The notes under the pieces were generated by a model. That model searched no databases, was not told where the DNA came from, and was given only the letters and a program-made list of their open reading frames with translations. DNA of 64,000 nt from a virus: positions 54,974-118,973 of IMG/VR virus record IMGVR_UViG_3300027769_000875, one strand, 5' to 3'. Position numbers and translations under genes: made by a program. This document shows, in pieces, positions 1 to 9,900 of the stretch. Within the stretch, counting starts at the first letter, position 1; each line of letters starts with the position of its first letter.

Positions 1-3000
1 TTGGTTTCATCAAGCGTTCCTTCTGGTTGCTCAAATACTTGAGGAATTTCTTCGTCTACTGGTTCTTGCACAGGAGCATTTTCCTCTTCTGCTCTCAAAC
101 GTTCATCTTCTATAATAGACTGAATCTCAGATATTTCAGCAGCCTTTGCAGTCATAATTTCAACTTCACGTGGAGTTAAATCAATACCTTCAAGATCACG
201 TCTTGCAATACTTTGCAATGTTATATCATCAACTTCTTGATTCTGTTTGAAGCTTTCATACACCGTGTCTGATATTACCTCAATAGGTGTATTATTAAAA
301 TGCTCTACAACATCATCATTAGTAATAAGATTTCGCTCCATTGCCAAATTCAACACCTCATTCTCTGGCATTGCGTCAAGTTGTGCCATTTCAAATTCGC
401 CAGTATTAACAAGAGCCTCTTTTGCTAAAGTTACTTTTGAACCATCCTGCACACCTCCATTTGCATTTTCATCAAAGTTTAAAGTTGATACAATAGAATC
501 TACTTCATCTTTGTTAGCATTATATACCTCACTTTGTCTATCAGACAATTGAACCTTTTGAGCAATTCTACGTGCAATAAGTGCAAGTGTATATCTTGGA
601 ACCTTTTTAGTTTTTTGAAACTCTTCATACTGCATGTCGTTGATATCACCTGTAATGTCTTGAGTAGCATATTCATCAAGCATTTCAGCAATCTTGTCAG
701 AAATTAAATCATTAAGTTTCTTAATGTTTTCTTGGGCAAACTTTGCGTTTTGCAAACCTGTGTTCTCATCAATACTAACTAGAACAAGATTCTTATAGTA
801 GTCACTACTTGTAACAGCAGTAGATAGTTCCTCATATAGTTTAGCAGCAAGTTGTATTTTTTCTACAATATCTTCTAAATCTGAGTTGGAAGCTACACTT
901 AAGATTATTTCTCGTAATCTATTATTCAGGTTATCTACAAACTCAAGTATTTCATATTTGAATCTACCATCTTGGATGTTTGTAAGTGTTTGGCGATAAT
1001 ACTCTGGATTAAACAACAAGTCCATTGCTTGTGTGTAGTCCTTAGAATCTTGCTCCAAACGCATGAAATCTACAACCTTATCAAGTGCATCACGTAACGA
1101 TTGTTCTGATAACTGGTCTGATATGCCATATTCTTTATTACGCAGATTGATAAATTCTCTAAATGTTTCTGCTATATCCTTATGATCTAAAGAGTAAACA
1201 GTTGTATTCTCATCAATAAGATTTCCATCTTCATCGTAGTATTTGATAGAATTAATTGGAACTCCAACAAACGTATTATAGATTTTTTCTTTTTGATCTA
1301 CTACCTCTCCTGTTTCAGTATCTTGTCTCATCGCAATAGTATCACGATCATCCCAAAATTCCATCCACTTATCATATAATTCTAATAAGCGTTTCTTATC
1401 TTTTATTTTTCCCTGTACTTGTTCTTTTTGTGCAGGTGTCATGTCTGTTGATTCTAAACTTTCTTCAAGAAGTTTAATGTCTGCAAGCATGTTACCTGAC
1501 TCAGCTTTAAAGTTTTCAGGATTAGCAAGAACACGTAAGGCATACTCAGATGAGTTGGCCATTCCTGGGATTGCTAAAAGATCTTGAGATACTTTCTGTG
1601 CTCGCTCAGAAGCACGTGTTGCTTTCATAGCATTAAGTGCTACAATACGAATTGCTTCTTCTTGAGCATTATGCATTATGATTGCAGTCATTTGTTCCTT
1701 TGATCCTTTTTCATACATCAAAGGATCAGGAAGATTGCGTACTTTTCTACGTATCCCATCAACAGTATCAGAATATTTTTTAACGTCTTTGGCCATTGCC
1801 TCAGTCATCTCAGCAGCAGAATTGTATTTTGTATCTGAAAGTTTAATTCCAAATGCTGCTTCAAACTCTTCATTACTCATGGTCTTACCCATTTCACGAA
1901 GTGCTTGTTGGAAAGTAAGAATAGTACCAGAACGATTAGCTGCCAATGCAGCACCAAGTACTGAATTATCCTGAGCATTTTGCCATTCATACTGATGACC
2001 TTTTGCTGCTGCTTCTGTCTGTGCTAAAGTAGAATCAACTTGGTTTGTAAAGTTTACAACATTGTCTTCAAACTTTTTACCTGACATCTGAGCCATGATA
2101 TCATTTTGCAAATTGATATCACGTTTTAATTGCTCACGCATTTTTACATATGGATTCTCAGCAGGATTATCTTTGTACGCTCTTTCTGTTGCTTTCTCAT
2201 TAAGATAACTTGTCATTTTACCAACAGTATGCGTAACAGGTCGTATCATAGATCCTGTCAATGCACCCTGTAAGAATGTTCTAAGTCCTTGTTTTGTGAA
2301 CTGCTCATCAAGACCTTTATTAAAAGCTTGACCTAATGTATATTTAGTACCATTGTATTGTCCAGCATAATAGTATTTCCAACCAGCACCAGACATTTCC
2401 TGAAGGTTTTCTTGAATACCTTCAGTAACCTCAAATTTTAGTAAGTCTTTTGCAAAAGCTTTACCTACCTCAAAGGCTGCTTGCTTTCTTCCAAAATCTT
2501 TAGCAATCTTTCCTGCCAAACCATATGTTCCAAAAAAACCTTTTTCATATGTTTTACCAAGAAGTTTGCTTGACTTCCACATTCTATTTACGCCAAGTGT
2601 GTTTTCAACACCCTCTTGTAAGATTTCTTTAGTCCATTTATTTGCTCCAATAAAACGATTAAATATAGTACCAAATTGTAATCTATTTGTGACTAGTAAT
2701 AAGTTAAGATTTGTATTATAATTGGCACTTGCTGATTTCATTGCAAGACCTTGCATTTTAGTAAACTCTTCTGCTGAAGGATTTTGACCTTCGTTGTCAG
2801 CACGATACTGCTCAACCATCATATCAAGAGTAGAACCATAAGATGTAACTGCTTCAAAGTTTGCCTCTGTAGAAGACATATTAAACTCCTGAGCCATGCG
2901 TCTCATGCCTTGCAATCCAATTCCTGTAAGCTTACCTGCATTTAATCCACCTTTAGCACCAGCTACAATCTTTTCACCATAACGTATTCCTGTACCAAGT

Positions 3001-4235
3001 ATAGGCGTACCCTTTGCTAAATTGCCAGCAAGTTGACCAAATGATTTTGATTTGATAATGTTACGCATGTTTAGTGTGTAAATATCAAACACTTCTTTCA
3101 TTGATGCACGCAATGCTTCAGAACCTACTTTACCAGCACTACCTACAGCTTTTGCTTGATTAGCTTTCTGAGTAACCTTACCAGCTGCTGACAAAGCATC
3201 AGTAGATTGATTTGCAAATTGATATGCACCTCTACCCATGTCAGCAACAAAATCAGTAAATCTAAATGCTGCTTGTCGTACCATTGAACCTGTACCTGCT
3301 CTAGCAGCTGTTTTAGCTCCAGCTACCGCTGCTTCTTTAGCACCAATACGTGTAGCTGTTGCACCAAATGATACAGCACCACCACCGCCAGTTGCAAATG
3401 TAATCGCTGCATCAGCAACAAGTTCTAATCCTAATCCTGCAAATGTACCTAATGCAAAACCAGCATTACCTACAAACTCAGATACTGAACGTTTACTAAA
3501 TATGTCATCTTCCTCTTCTGGTGGTACAAACGTATAATTACGCATTGATTCTTTGTACTCTTCAAAATTAGAATCAATCATTTCACCTTCAGTGTACTTA
3601 AGCTTGTCCCAATCCCAATTCCAAATTGCTTCACCTATTCTTCCATAAGATGCAAAGTAATCTGTAAAAGTATTACCAAATCTTGTAGCAAAGCTGTCAA
3701 AACCTTTACCTAATGCGGATCCCCAAGTTTCTGCTTCAATATAACCCTTTTGCTTTTCAGGATTGAAGTAGTTAAACCCTTGAGGATCAAAATCATCTTG
3801 ATATCTGAACATATCAATATCTTGACCTGCATATCTTGTTTTAGGACCAACAACTGGATTGATCTTTTCACTTAAAGTTTTTGGTTGAAATCTTTCAACA
3901 AATATCTCATTAGCATTTGAATCAATTACTTGATTCATTGCGTTCATAAAATCACTTGGTTGGGGTGAAGGTTGTGTTGATATATTTGGTTTTGCAGGAG
4001 CAGAAGGTTGTCCAAAATTCTTTGCACCATCCCCTGGTCCAGGAGCCACAATATTATTAATATCAAAAGATGGCGTAGATGCTTCAGACGTAGCTTGTAT
4101 TTCTGCTGCGCCTAAATCTAGTGCATCTTCTACTGATAAGTTTTGCGACAAACTTGTTTCAGCACCCATACTTGCCTCAGCATTAGCAGCCATTTCTGCC
4201 AATTGCTGTGTTCCCATTTCTAGTTCTTCTGCCAT
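1..4235 (-). CDS. Very large virion cargo/ejection protein, N-terminal >1400 aa (runs off the window start)
   Basis: Absent from the ORF track because it has no stop in the window. The ATG at 4233-4235 overlaps the upstream TAA (TAATG) and reads MAEELEMGTQQLAEM. Spot checks keep one frame (EGIQENLQE near 2400, EQPEGTLDET at base 3). It has a Gly/Ala-rich hydrophobic stretch (GNAGFALGTFAGLGLELVADAAITFATGGGG) and the position of crAss-like cargo/vRNAP-block genes. Confidence 0.8.
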   Translation of the reverse strand, partial: MAEELEMGTQQLAEMAANAEASMGAETSLSQNLSVEDALDLGAAEIQATSEASTPSFDINNIVAPGPGDGAKNFGQPSAPAKPNISTQPSPQPSDFMNAMNQVIDSNANEIFVERFQPKTLSEKINPVVGPKTRYAGQDIDMFRYQDDFDPQGFNYFNPEKQKGYIEAETWGSALGKGFDSFATRFGNTFTDYFASYGRIGEAIWNWDWDKLKYTEGEMIDSNFEEYKESMRNYTFVPPEEEDDIFSKRSVSEFVGNAGFALGTFAGLGLELVADAAITFATGGGGAVSFGATATRIGAKEAAVAGAKTAARAGTGSMVRQAAFRFTDFVADMGRGAYQFANQSTDALSAAGKVTQKANQAKAVGSAGKVGSEALRASMKEVFDIYTLNMRNIIKSKSFGQLAGNLAKGTPILGTGIRYGEKIVAGAKGGLNAGKLTGIGLQGMRRMAQEFNMSSTEANFEAVTSYGSTLDMMVEQYRADNEGQNPSAEEFTKMQGLAMKSASANYNTNLNLLLVTNRLQFGTIFNRFIGANKWTKEILQEGVENTLGVNRMWKSSKLLGKTYEKGFFGTYGLAGKIAKDFGRKQAAFEVGKAFAKDLLKFEVTEGIQENLQEMSGAGWKYYYAGQYNGTKYTLGQAFNKGLDEQFTKQGLRTFLQGALTGSMIRPVTHTVGKMTSYLNEKATERAYKDNPAENPYVKMREQLKRDINLQNDIMAQMSGKKFEDNVVNFTNQVDSTLAQTEAAAKGHQYEWQNAQDNSVLGAALAANRSGTILTFQQALREMGKTMSNEEFEAAFGIKLSDTKYNSAAEMTEAMAKDVKKYSDTVDGIRRKVRNLPDPLMYEKGSKEQMTAIIMHNAQEEAIRIVALNAMKATRASERAQKVSQDLLAIPGMANSSEYALRVLANPENFKAESGNMLADIKLLEESLESTDMTPAQKEQVQGKIKDKKRLLELYDKWMEFWDDRDTIAMRQDTETGEVVDQKEKIYNTFVGVPINSIKYYDEDGNLIDENTTVYSLDHKDIAETFREFINLRNKEYGISDQLSEQSLRDALDKVVDFMRLEQDSKDYTQAMDLLFNPEYYRQTLTNIQDGRFKYEILEFVDNLNNRLREIILSVASNSDLEDIVEKIQLAAKLYEELSTAVTSSDYYKNLVLVSIDENTGLQNAKFAQENIKKLNDLISDKIAEMLDEYATQDITGDINDMQYEEFQKTKKVPRYTLALIARRIAQKVQLSDRQSEVYNANKDEVDSIVSTLNFDENANGGVQDGSKVTLAKEALVNTGEFEMAQLDAMPENEVLNLAMERNLITNDDVVEHFNNTPIEVISDTVYESFKQNQEVDDITLQSIARRDLEGIDLTPREVEIMTAKAAEISEIQSIIEDERLRAEEENAPVQEPVDEEIPQVFEQPEGTLDET

Positions 4236-6913
4236 TAATATTCTATTGTAGGGTATTGTAATAAATCTTGTTGGTCAAACTGTTCTTCCCAAATTGATGT
4301 TGCATTTTGGAAGTTAGTCCATGTTGCATTAACCATTTCAGATATTTGTAAAAACTGAGATGGATCATTAGGATCAACCTGAAAGAATCTACTCGTACCT
4401 TCCTTTACACCTTTCTGTGGATTTAACATAGTAAAGTCAATGTTTACACCATACTGTCCATTATTGTTTCTTACACCAGCTGCAGTAAAGTCAAATCCAG
4501 TTGCTGTCATGCTTGCTGGAGCTTGAACTCTTGCCATTGGGTTTCTTGCAAAGTTTTCCATAATACCATAAGAGTCAGCGACAATTGAGTTATTAGGAAG
4601 ATAATTTTTAAAGCGTGTCAATGGACTATTCTGTACGTATGAATATGGTAATTTTACACGTATTGTTTCTCCTGCTTGCAGCTTCATTGATTTTGCTTCA
4701 CCACTGTCTGGATTAACTTTTAAATCAACATAAACACTTTTACCGCCAGGATCAAAACTTGCTATAAAAGATTCTCCAAATAGTTTAACCTGACTAGCAT
4801 ATGGAAGATTTCCAATTGTTGATGGATCAATTTTTTCACCATTTGATCTTGTGATAACAATATTTTTATCTGCTTTATTAAAAAACTGATAAAACTCTTC
4901 AGGTTGAGGTTTGGTCATGCTATATGTTGCTCCTACAGGGTTTGCACGATTATTAAACTCAGTACCAACAACTGTACTTAAATGCTTACGTTTTGCTTCT
5001 GACAAACCAGATAAGTCAAATATTGGAGTACCATCAGACATTCGCGATACAATTTTTGCACCTTCATAATCTGATTTTATCTTTCCTGATTTAAAGTCAT
5101 ATACCTTAGATGCAACTTCTCTATAACTTTTATCAAGTTCCTTTTGCTCTTGCAATATGCCTTTCATTGATGTAATTGTACCCTCAAATGATTGAGCATA
5201 TTTTCTACCTTCAGACGCTTTACCATTATCTGAATACCACTGCAAAACTTCAGTTGCTTTATTATAAGTGTTTGATGCAAGGGTTTGTATTAACGCATCA
5301 GCACTTGATGCATTAGTTACACTAATACCACGTCTATAACCTACAAGACTTCCATACTCTTTTAATAATTGTGTATCTTGTTCAGTGAGTTTTGCACCAT
5401 TACCTTGAGCAATTCCTTGAACCTTTGATAGTACTTGGTAATATTTAGAATGATCTCTATTTTTACCAATAACCATATTCATTAAACCATTCTGTGCACC
5501 AAACGCATTATTAAATAGTTCAGTTTTATTTTTAGTATTTGCTGTTTTTAGAACATCAACACCTGTACTACCTGTACCAACATAATCACCAACATAAGTT
5601 TCATTAGGAAGTTTACCTTCTGCTTTGAGTTTCATCATTTCAATCTCATTGGTATTTTGCATTTTAAGCATTTCCATTTGTTGATTATCTTGATGTATTT
5701 TCCAATTTTGCGCAAGAGTAGCAGCATGTCTTGCATTGGCTGCAGCTCTATCAAAATCAGCGATTACCTTTTGATCTGGTTTTACATCTACCTCAGCAGT
5801 AGCTTGAGCAGTACTTACACCCCAAACTGTAGCTGCATTTTTCTTTGCTTGTCCAGAAAGTATTCCATATAAATTAGAAACAGTATAATTCTCAGGATCC
5901 TCTTCTATCTTTTTAATTTCACCTTCTGATTGAGTTTTAGATGAATTTAATTCATAACGTAATTGTAAAAGTTTTTCATACTTTTGGAGTACATCTGCTT
6001 TACCAGATGGAATACCTTGAGGATACAAATCTTTTATAGTTTGAATTTGTTGATCAACACTTGTCAGGTTAGTAGCAGTTTCTTCAACGTCAACTTGTTG
6101 AGATTTCATATAATCTCCTGATATAGTTTTTGCAACCTGTTGCGTGGCTTGTTCTCTTGACATTCCTTGACTTATCAAATCACGTATTTGATTTTCAGCT
6201 GTCACACGTCCAATAACTCCAAACTGTCTGTCAAAACGATTACCCATTGTCATTGCAGCCCAGTTACTAAAAGGAACTTCAGCATACTTACCATTGGTAT
6301 ATGTCATAATGTATCCTTTTCCATCTGGACTTGCAAACTTTACTTGAAGTTTTGCTTCCTTTGCTGCACCTGATAGATATTCATTGATGTCTTCAAATGG
6401 TGTAAAGTCACGTGGCTGTACAGATGTTATAGAACCATCACCACGTTTTGCTTTACGCAAATCATCCTCAGCAAACATTAAATCAAGTTTTGAATAGTCA
6501 CTATATTGAGCACGTACTTTTGCATCAGTGCTGTTTTTATAACTGTCCATTAACGATTTTTGATTACCCTCATACTTAGTAAAGTACATATCATACGCAA
6601 TCTCTTTATCATCAGTAATTGGATCTAGTAAAGATTGTGCACGCATAACATTTGATGGATCAGATAAATCTAATGCAGAAACATTACGAAGACTTCCTTG
6701 AATTTTTTCAAACATGTCTTGTCTAAATTTCTGATTATCACCATTTGTCAATGGACTATTTAATACAGAATTATATAAACTCTTAACCTGATTAAATCCT
6801 TTATCAAAACGTGCTTGGGTTACACCATAAACCTGAGATAAAAAGGACCAATCAGGAGACCATGGTTTTACCTCTGCTATTGGATTTGCATCACCTGGAA
6901 CAAAATTTGCCAT
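4235..6913 (-). CDS. Putative virion cargo/ejection protein (892 aa)
   Basis: Long ORF tightly coupled to its neighbours, helical N-half, located in the cargo block downstream of the muzzle gene. Confidence 0.65.
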   Translation of the reverse strand: MANFVPGDANPIAEVKPWSPDWSFLSQVYGVTQARFDKGFNQVKSLYNSVLNSPLTNGDNQKFRQDMFEKIQGSLRNVSALDLSDPSNVMRAQSLLDPITDDKEIAYDMYFTKYEGNQKSLMDSYKNSTDAKVRAQYSDYSKLDLMFAEDDLRKAKRGDGSITSVQPRDFTPFEDINEYLSGAAKEAKLQVKFASPDGKGYIMTYTNGKYAEVPFSNWAAMTMGNRFDRQFGVIGRVTAENQIRDLISQGMSREQATQQVAKTISGDYMKSQQVDVEETATNLTSVDQQIQTIKDLYPQGIPSGKADVLQKYEKLLQLRYELNSSKTQSEGEIKKIEEDPENYTVSNLYGILSGQAKKNAATVWGVSTAQATAEVDVKPDQKVIADFDRAAANARHAATLAQNWKIHQDNQQMEMLKMQNTNEIEMMKLKAEGKLPNETYVGDYVGTGSTGVDVLKTANTKNKTELFNNAFGAQNGLMNMVIGKNRDHSKYYQVLSKVQGIAQGNGAKLTEQDTQLLKEYGSLVGYRRGISVTNASSADALIQTLASNTYNKATEVLQWYSDNGKASEGRKYAQSFEGTITSMKGILQEQKELDKSYREVASKVYDFKSGKIKSDYEGAKIVSRMSDGTPIFDLSGLSEAKRKHLSTVVGTEFNNRANPVGATYSMTKPQPEEFYQFFNKADKNIVITRSNGEKIDPSTIGNLPYASQVKLFGESFIASFDPGGKSVYVDLKVNPDSGEAKSMKLQAGETIRVKLPYSYVQNSPLTRFKNYLPNNSIVADSYGIMENFARNPMARVQAPASMTATGFDFTAAGVRNNNGQYGVNIDFTMLNPQKGVKEGTSRFFQVDPNDPSQFLQISEMVNATWTNFQNATSIWEEQFDQQDLLQYPTIEY

Positions 6914-6922
6914 AATTTTTAA

Positions 6923-9900
6923 TTAGTATATGTCATCAAAATAAACTCCTCCAAATTCCATAGAGCCTGGAGCTGTGTACATTGTTCCTCCAAATCTTTG
7001 TTGAATAAAGTTTTGACCGTACATCTGTTGTTGTGTTTTTGTTTGTGCATTTGCTCTATTCATGTTTTGAGAAATACAAGCCTTCTGCATATTAGATGCA
7101 TATTCTTCTTTAGCATCTTGAGGCATTGTTGTATCATTCTTTACTTGAGCGTATGCATCAGCATATGCTTTTGAACAATCCGCTTGTGTTGTTGCAGCAG
7201 TACCTGGAGAAACACTTGTATCAACTGCAGCTAATGGATCTTTTCCAGCACCTGACCATGCAAATGTAGGAGAAAGACGTTGTGCATGCCATGCATTTGG
7301 ATACATAACTCTTAAAGAATTGTCTTTTTGAACATTGCCCCAACCTGTACCAAAAAGCATTGCACCTTGTGCATCTTTCTTATTACGTTGTCCAGCAAGC
7401 TCTTCAACATATGTCGCATACTCATTGTCAAACTTACCACGTAACATTGTATTTTTGTAATCAACATCAGTATTAAGTTGCCCTATTGTTTGAAGATAAG
7501 GATTGACAATTTTAGTTGTGTTACCTTCTTCAACATCAGCAATGTCTCTTGACAATTGTTCAAACCCTTGGTTTGCACCTGCAGTAAATGCTGTTTGAGC
7601 ATCCATAGTATTCATTGCCAAATCCTGACTTTGTTTTACTAATCCTGTAGTACCAGCAATTCTGGTAATTGGATTAATTGTATCATACCCACTATAAGCA
7701 GCATTCATTTGTCTTAACACAGGTGGTGTGTTAGGAATTATTTGACGCTCATTGGTCATGTAATTTACAATATCTGGAGCAAACCATGTGTCTGGTTGCG
7801 GTGGCTGCTTGGTTGGTGGTGGTATTTTTGTTGGTGTACCACAATTCTTAGTAGCATCGTCAGCAGTTTCATACTGAGTAGCCTTGGTAACTGTTTTACC
7901 ATTTATCTCACCACTTGGTGCAACAGGTTGTTCACCTTCTTTGTAAGTAACCGTTTTAGTTTCTTTTGTACCATCAGAATACTCAACACAATAAAATGTA
8001 TTTTTTTCACCTGGTTTTGTTTCAGGTGGAGGTGGATTCAGATTATAACCAAGTCTTTCCTCTAATGTTGTGTTAGTACTGTACCTGTCAATTCCAGATA
8101 CTTGACCTTGAATATCAAATACAGTTTCATCATTTACACCAGTTTGTTTATGACTAGCTAGTCCTTGAAAATCTGGATTATTTAAAAGAGCACGTCTATA
8201 AGAAATGTATGTACCTTGTCCTAATTCATTTTTAGAAAAATCAATGTCACTAAGATTTACCTTACCATCTTTAGCTTGATTATCTACGATAATTTGTCTG
8301 GCTTCTTTGTTTACGTAATTACCTTGATAATCAGAAAGTGTTGGATCTCCTTTTGCAGCAACATTCTGACCAGCTTTAAAGTTAGGATCTGACCATGGAC
8401 CTGTTCCTGATGTTCTATCACCATAACCAAACGCTGCCATTCTTGCATTATTCTCTTCAAATTGCATCATTGTATTAATGATTTTTTCAGGATCTGCTGC
8501 AAGTGCTTTTACGTCTGCGCCATATAAATCTGAAAACTTTTTTCTTGTGTTTCTGTCTTTACCAGTGTACATTCGTAGCTCTGGATCTGCGACATCTGCT
8601 TTATACTGAGTTACAATAGCATCTCTAAATTTAGTATTTAATCGTATTTGATTATTTGCATTCTTAAAGTCAAGATATGCTTGTGTATTACCATTCCATC
8701 TTGATTCAATTTCCTTTTTCTCAGAAGCATTGAGATTGTCTGCTTTTATCCAGTCATAAGAACTACGAGTTATTTCTACTCCTGCAGGAATAGCTTCTTT
8801 AGTTGTTTCATTTCTTCTAACAATGACATTACCAGTGGCTTGATCTTCTAAAACTTGTACTACAGTATTATGATTTGGATCACCATCACTACCTTTATAA
8901 GTTATTGTATAAGCATTCATTGGTTTACCACCATTTTTGTTTGGATCAGTTACCACTTTTACCTCACTCGTAACTGGTTCTCCTCCACCACTTGTTCCAC
9001 CACCTGGATATTTAGGTAAAACAGAACCACCTCTGTCATAACGCAGTTTACCATTTTCATTAATAAGACCGCCATATCTAAAAACTTTATCTCCAATGGT
9101 GACATTAGAACCAACTGCTGGCATTGTACCACCAAGTCTCATTCCTCCAGATCCAAAAAGTTTATCAAAATCTTGATCTGTAAATCCACCTTCATATTTT
9201 GGTTTTGCCTGTGTTGGTTGCGGTTGTCTTCCTACTGGCGCTACTACATCTGTTTTTTTCTCTGTAGTATTCTCCTTTTTTATAGGCGTAACAGTTGTCT
9301 GTGGATTGATTTTATTTTCTTGCTCTAATAATTGAATTGCATCCATTGGTGCTTTTGCTGCAGGAAGTGCAACTTTTTTACCTTCTTTTGTAGAGGCTGC
9401 TGTATTTAATGAATCAACCCACGCTTGATTTGATACTTCTAATTGTGCACCATCTTGTGTTTCTTCAAACCAAACCATTTGACCATCCACATTTTTACCC
9501 ATTGTAAATATTGAGTTTGGTGCAGCTTTAAGTTTATATGGTTGAGCATAACCTTTTGCATCCTTTGCACTATTAGAAGGATTTTGAACTTGATTTATTG
9601 TTCTAACGTTGTCAATTACTTCTGGTGCATTATAGTTTAGAAAACCTTGTCTTTCATTTGTGTGTGTCAATCCTTTATTAGCTATAGGTGCAATTGTTGC
9701 AACAGTAGTACCTTTTATTTTGTCATGACCTTTTGTAATTTCATCATATATTTCAAAATAAGTTTTGAATCTAGGCCCATCAAACCATGAATCAGACCCT
9801 TCAACAACATCATCTCTATTAAGATTTATTCCAAGGATTTCTGTTTCGTTAAATAAAAAGTCAGTAGGGTATCCATAGCGAGGCATAACTTCCTCATCCT

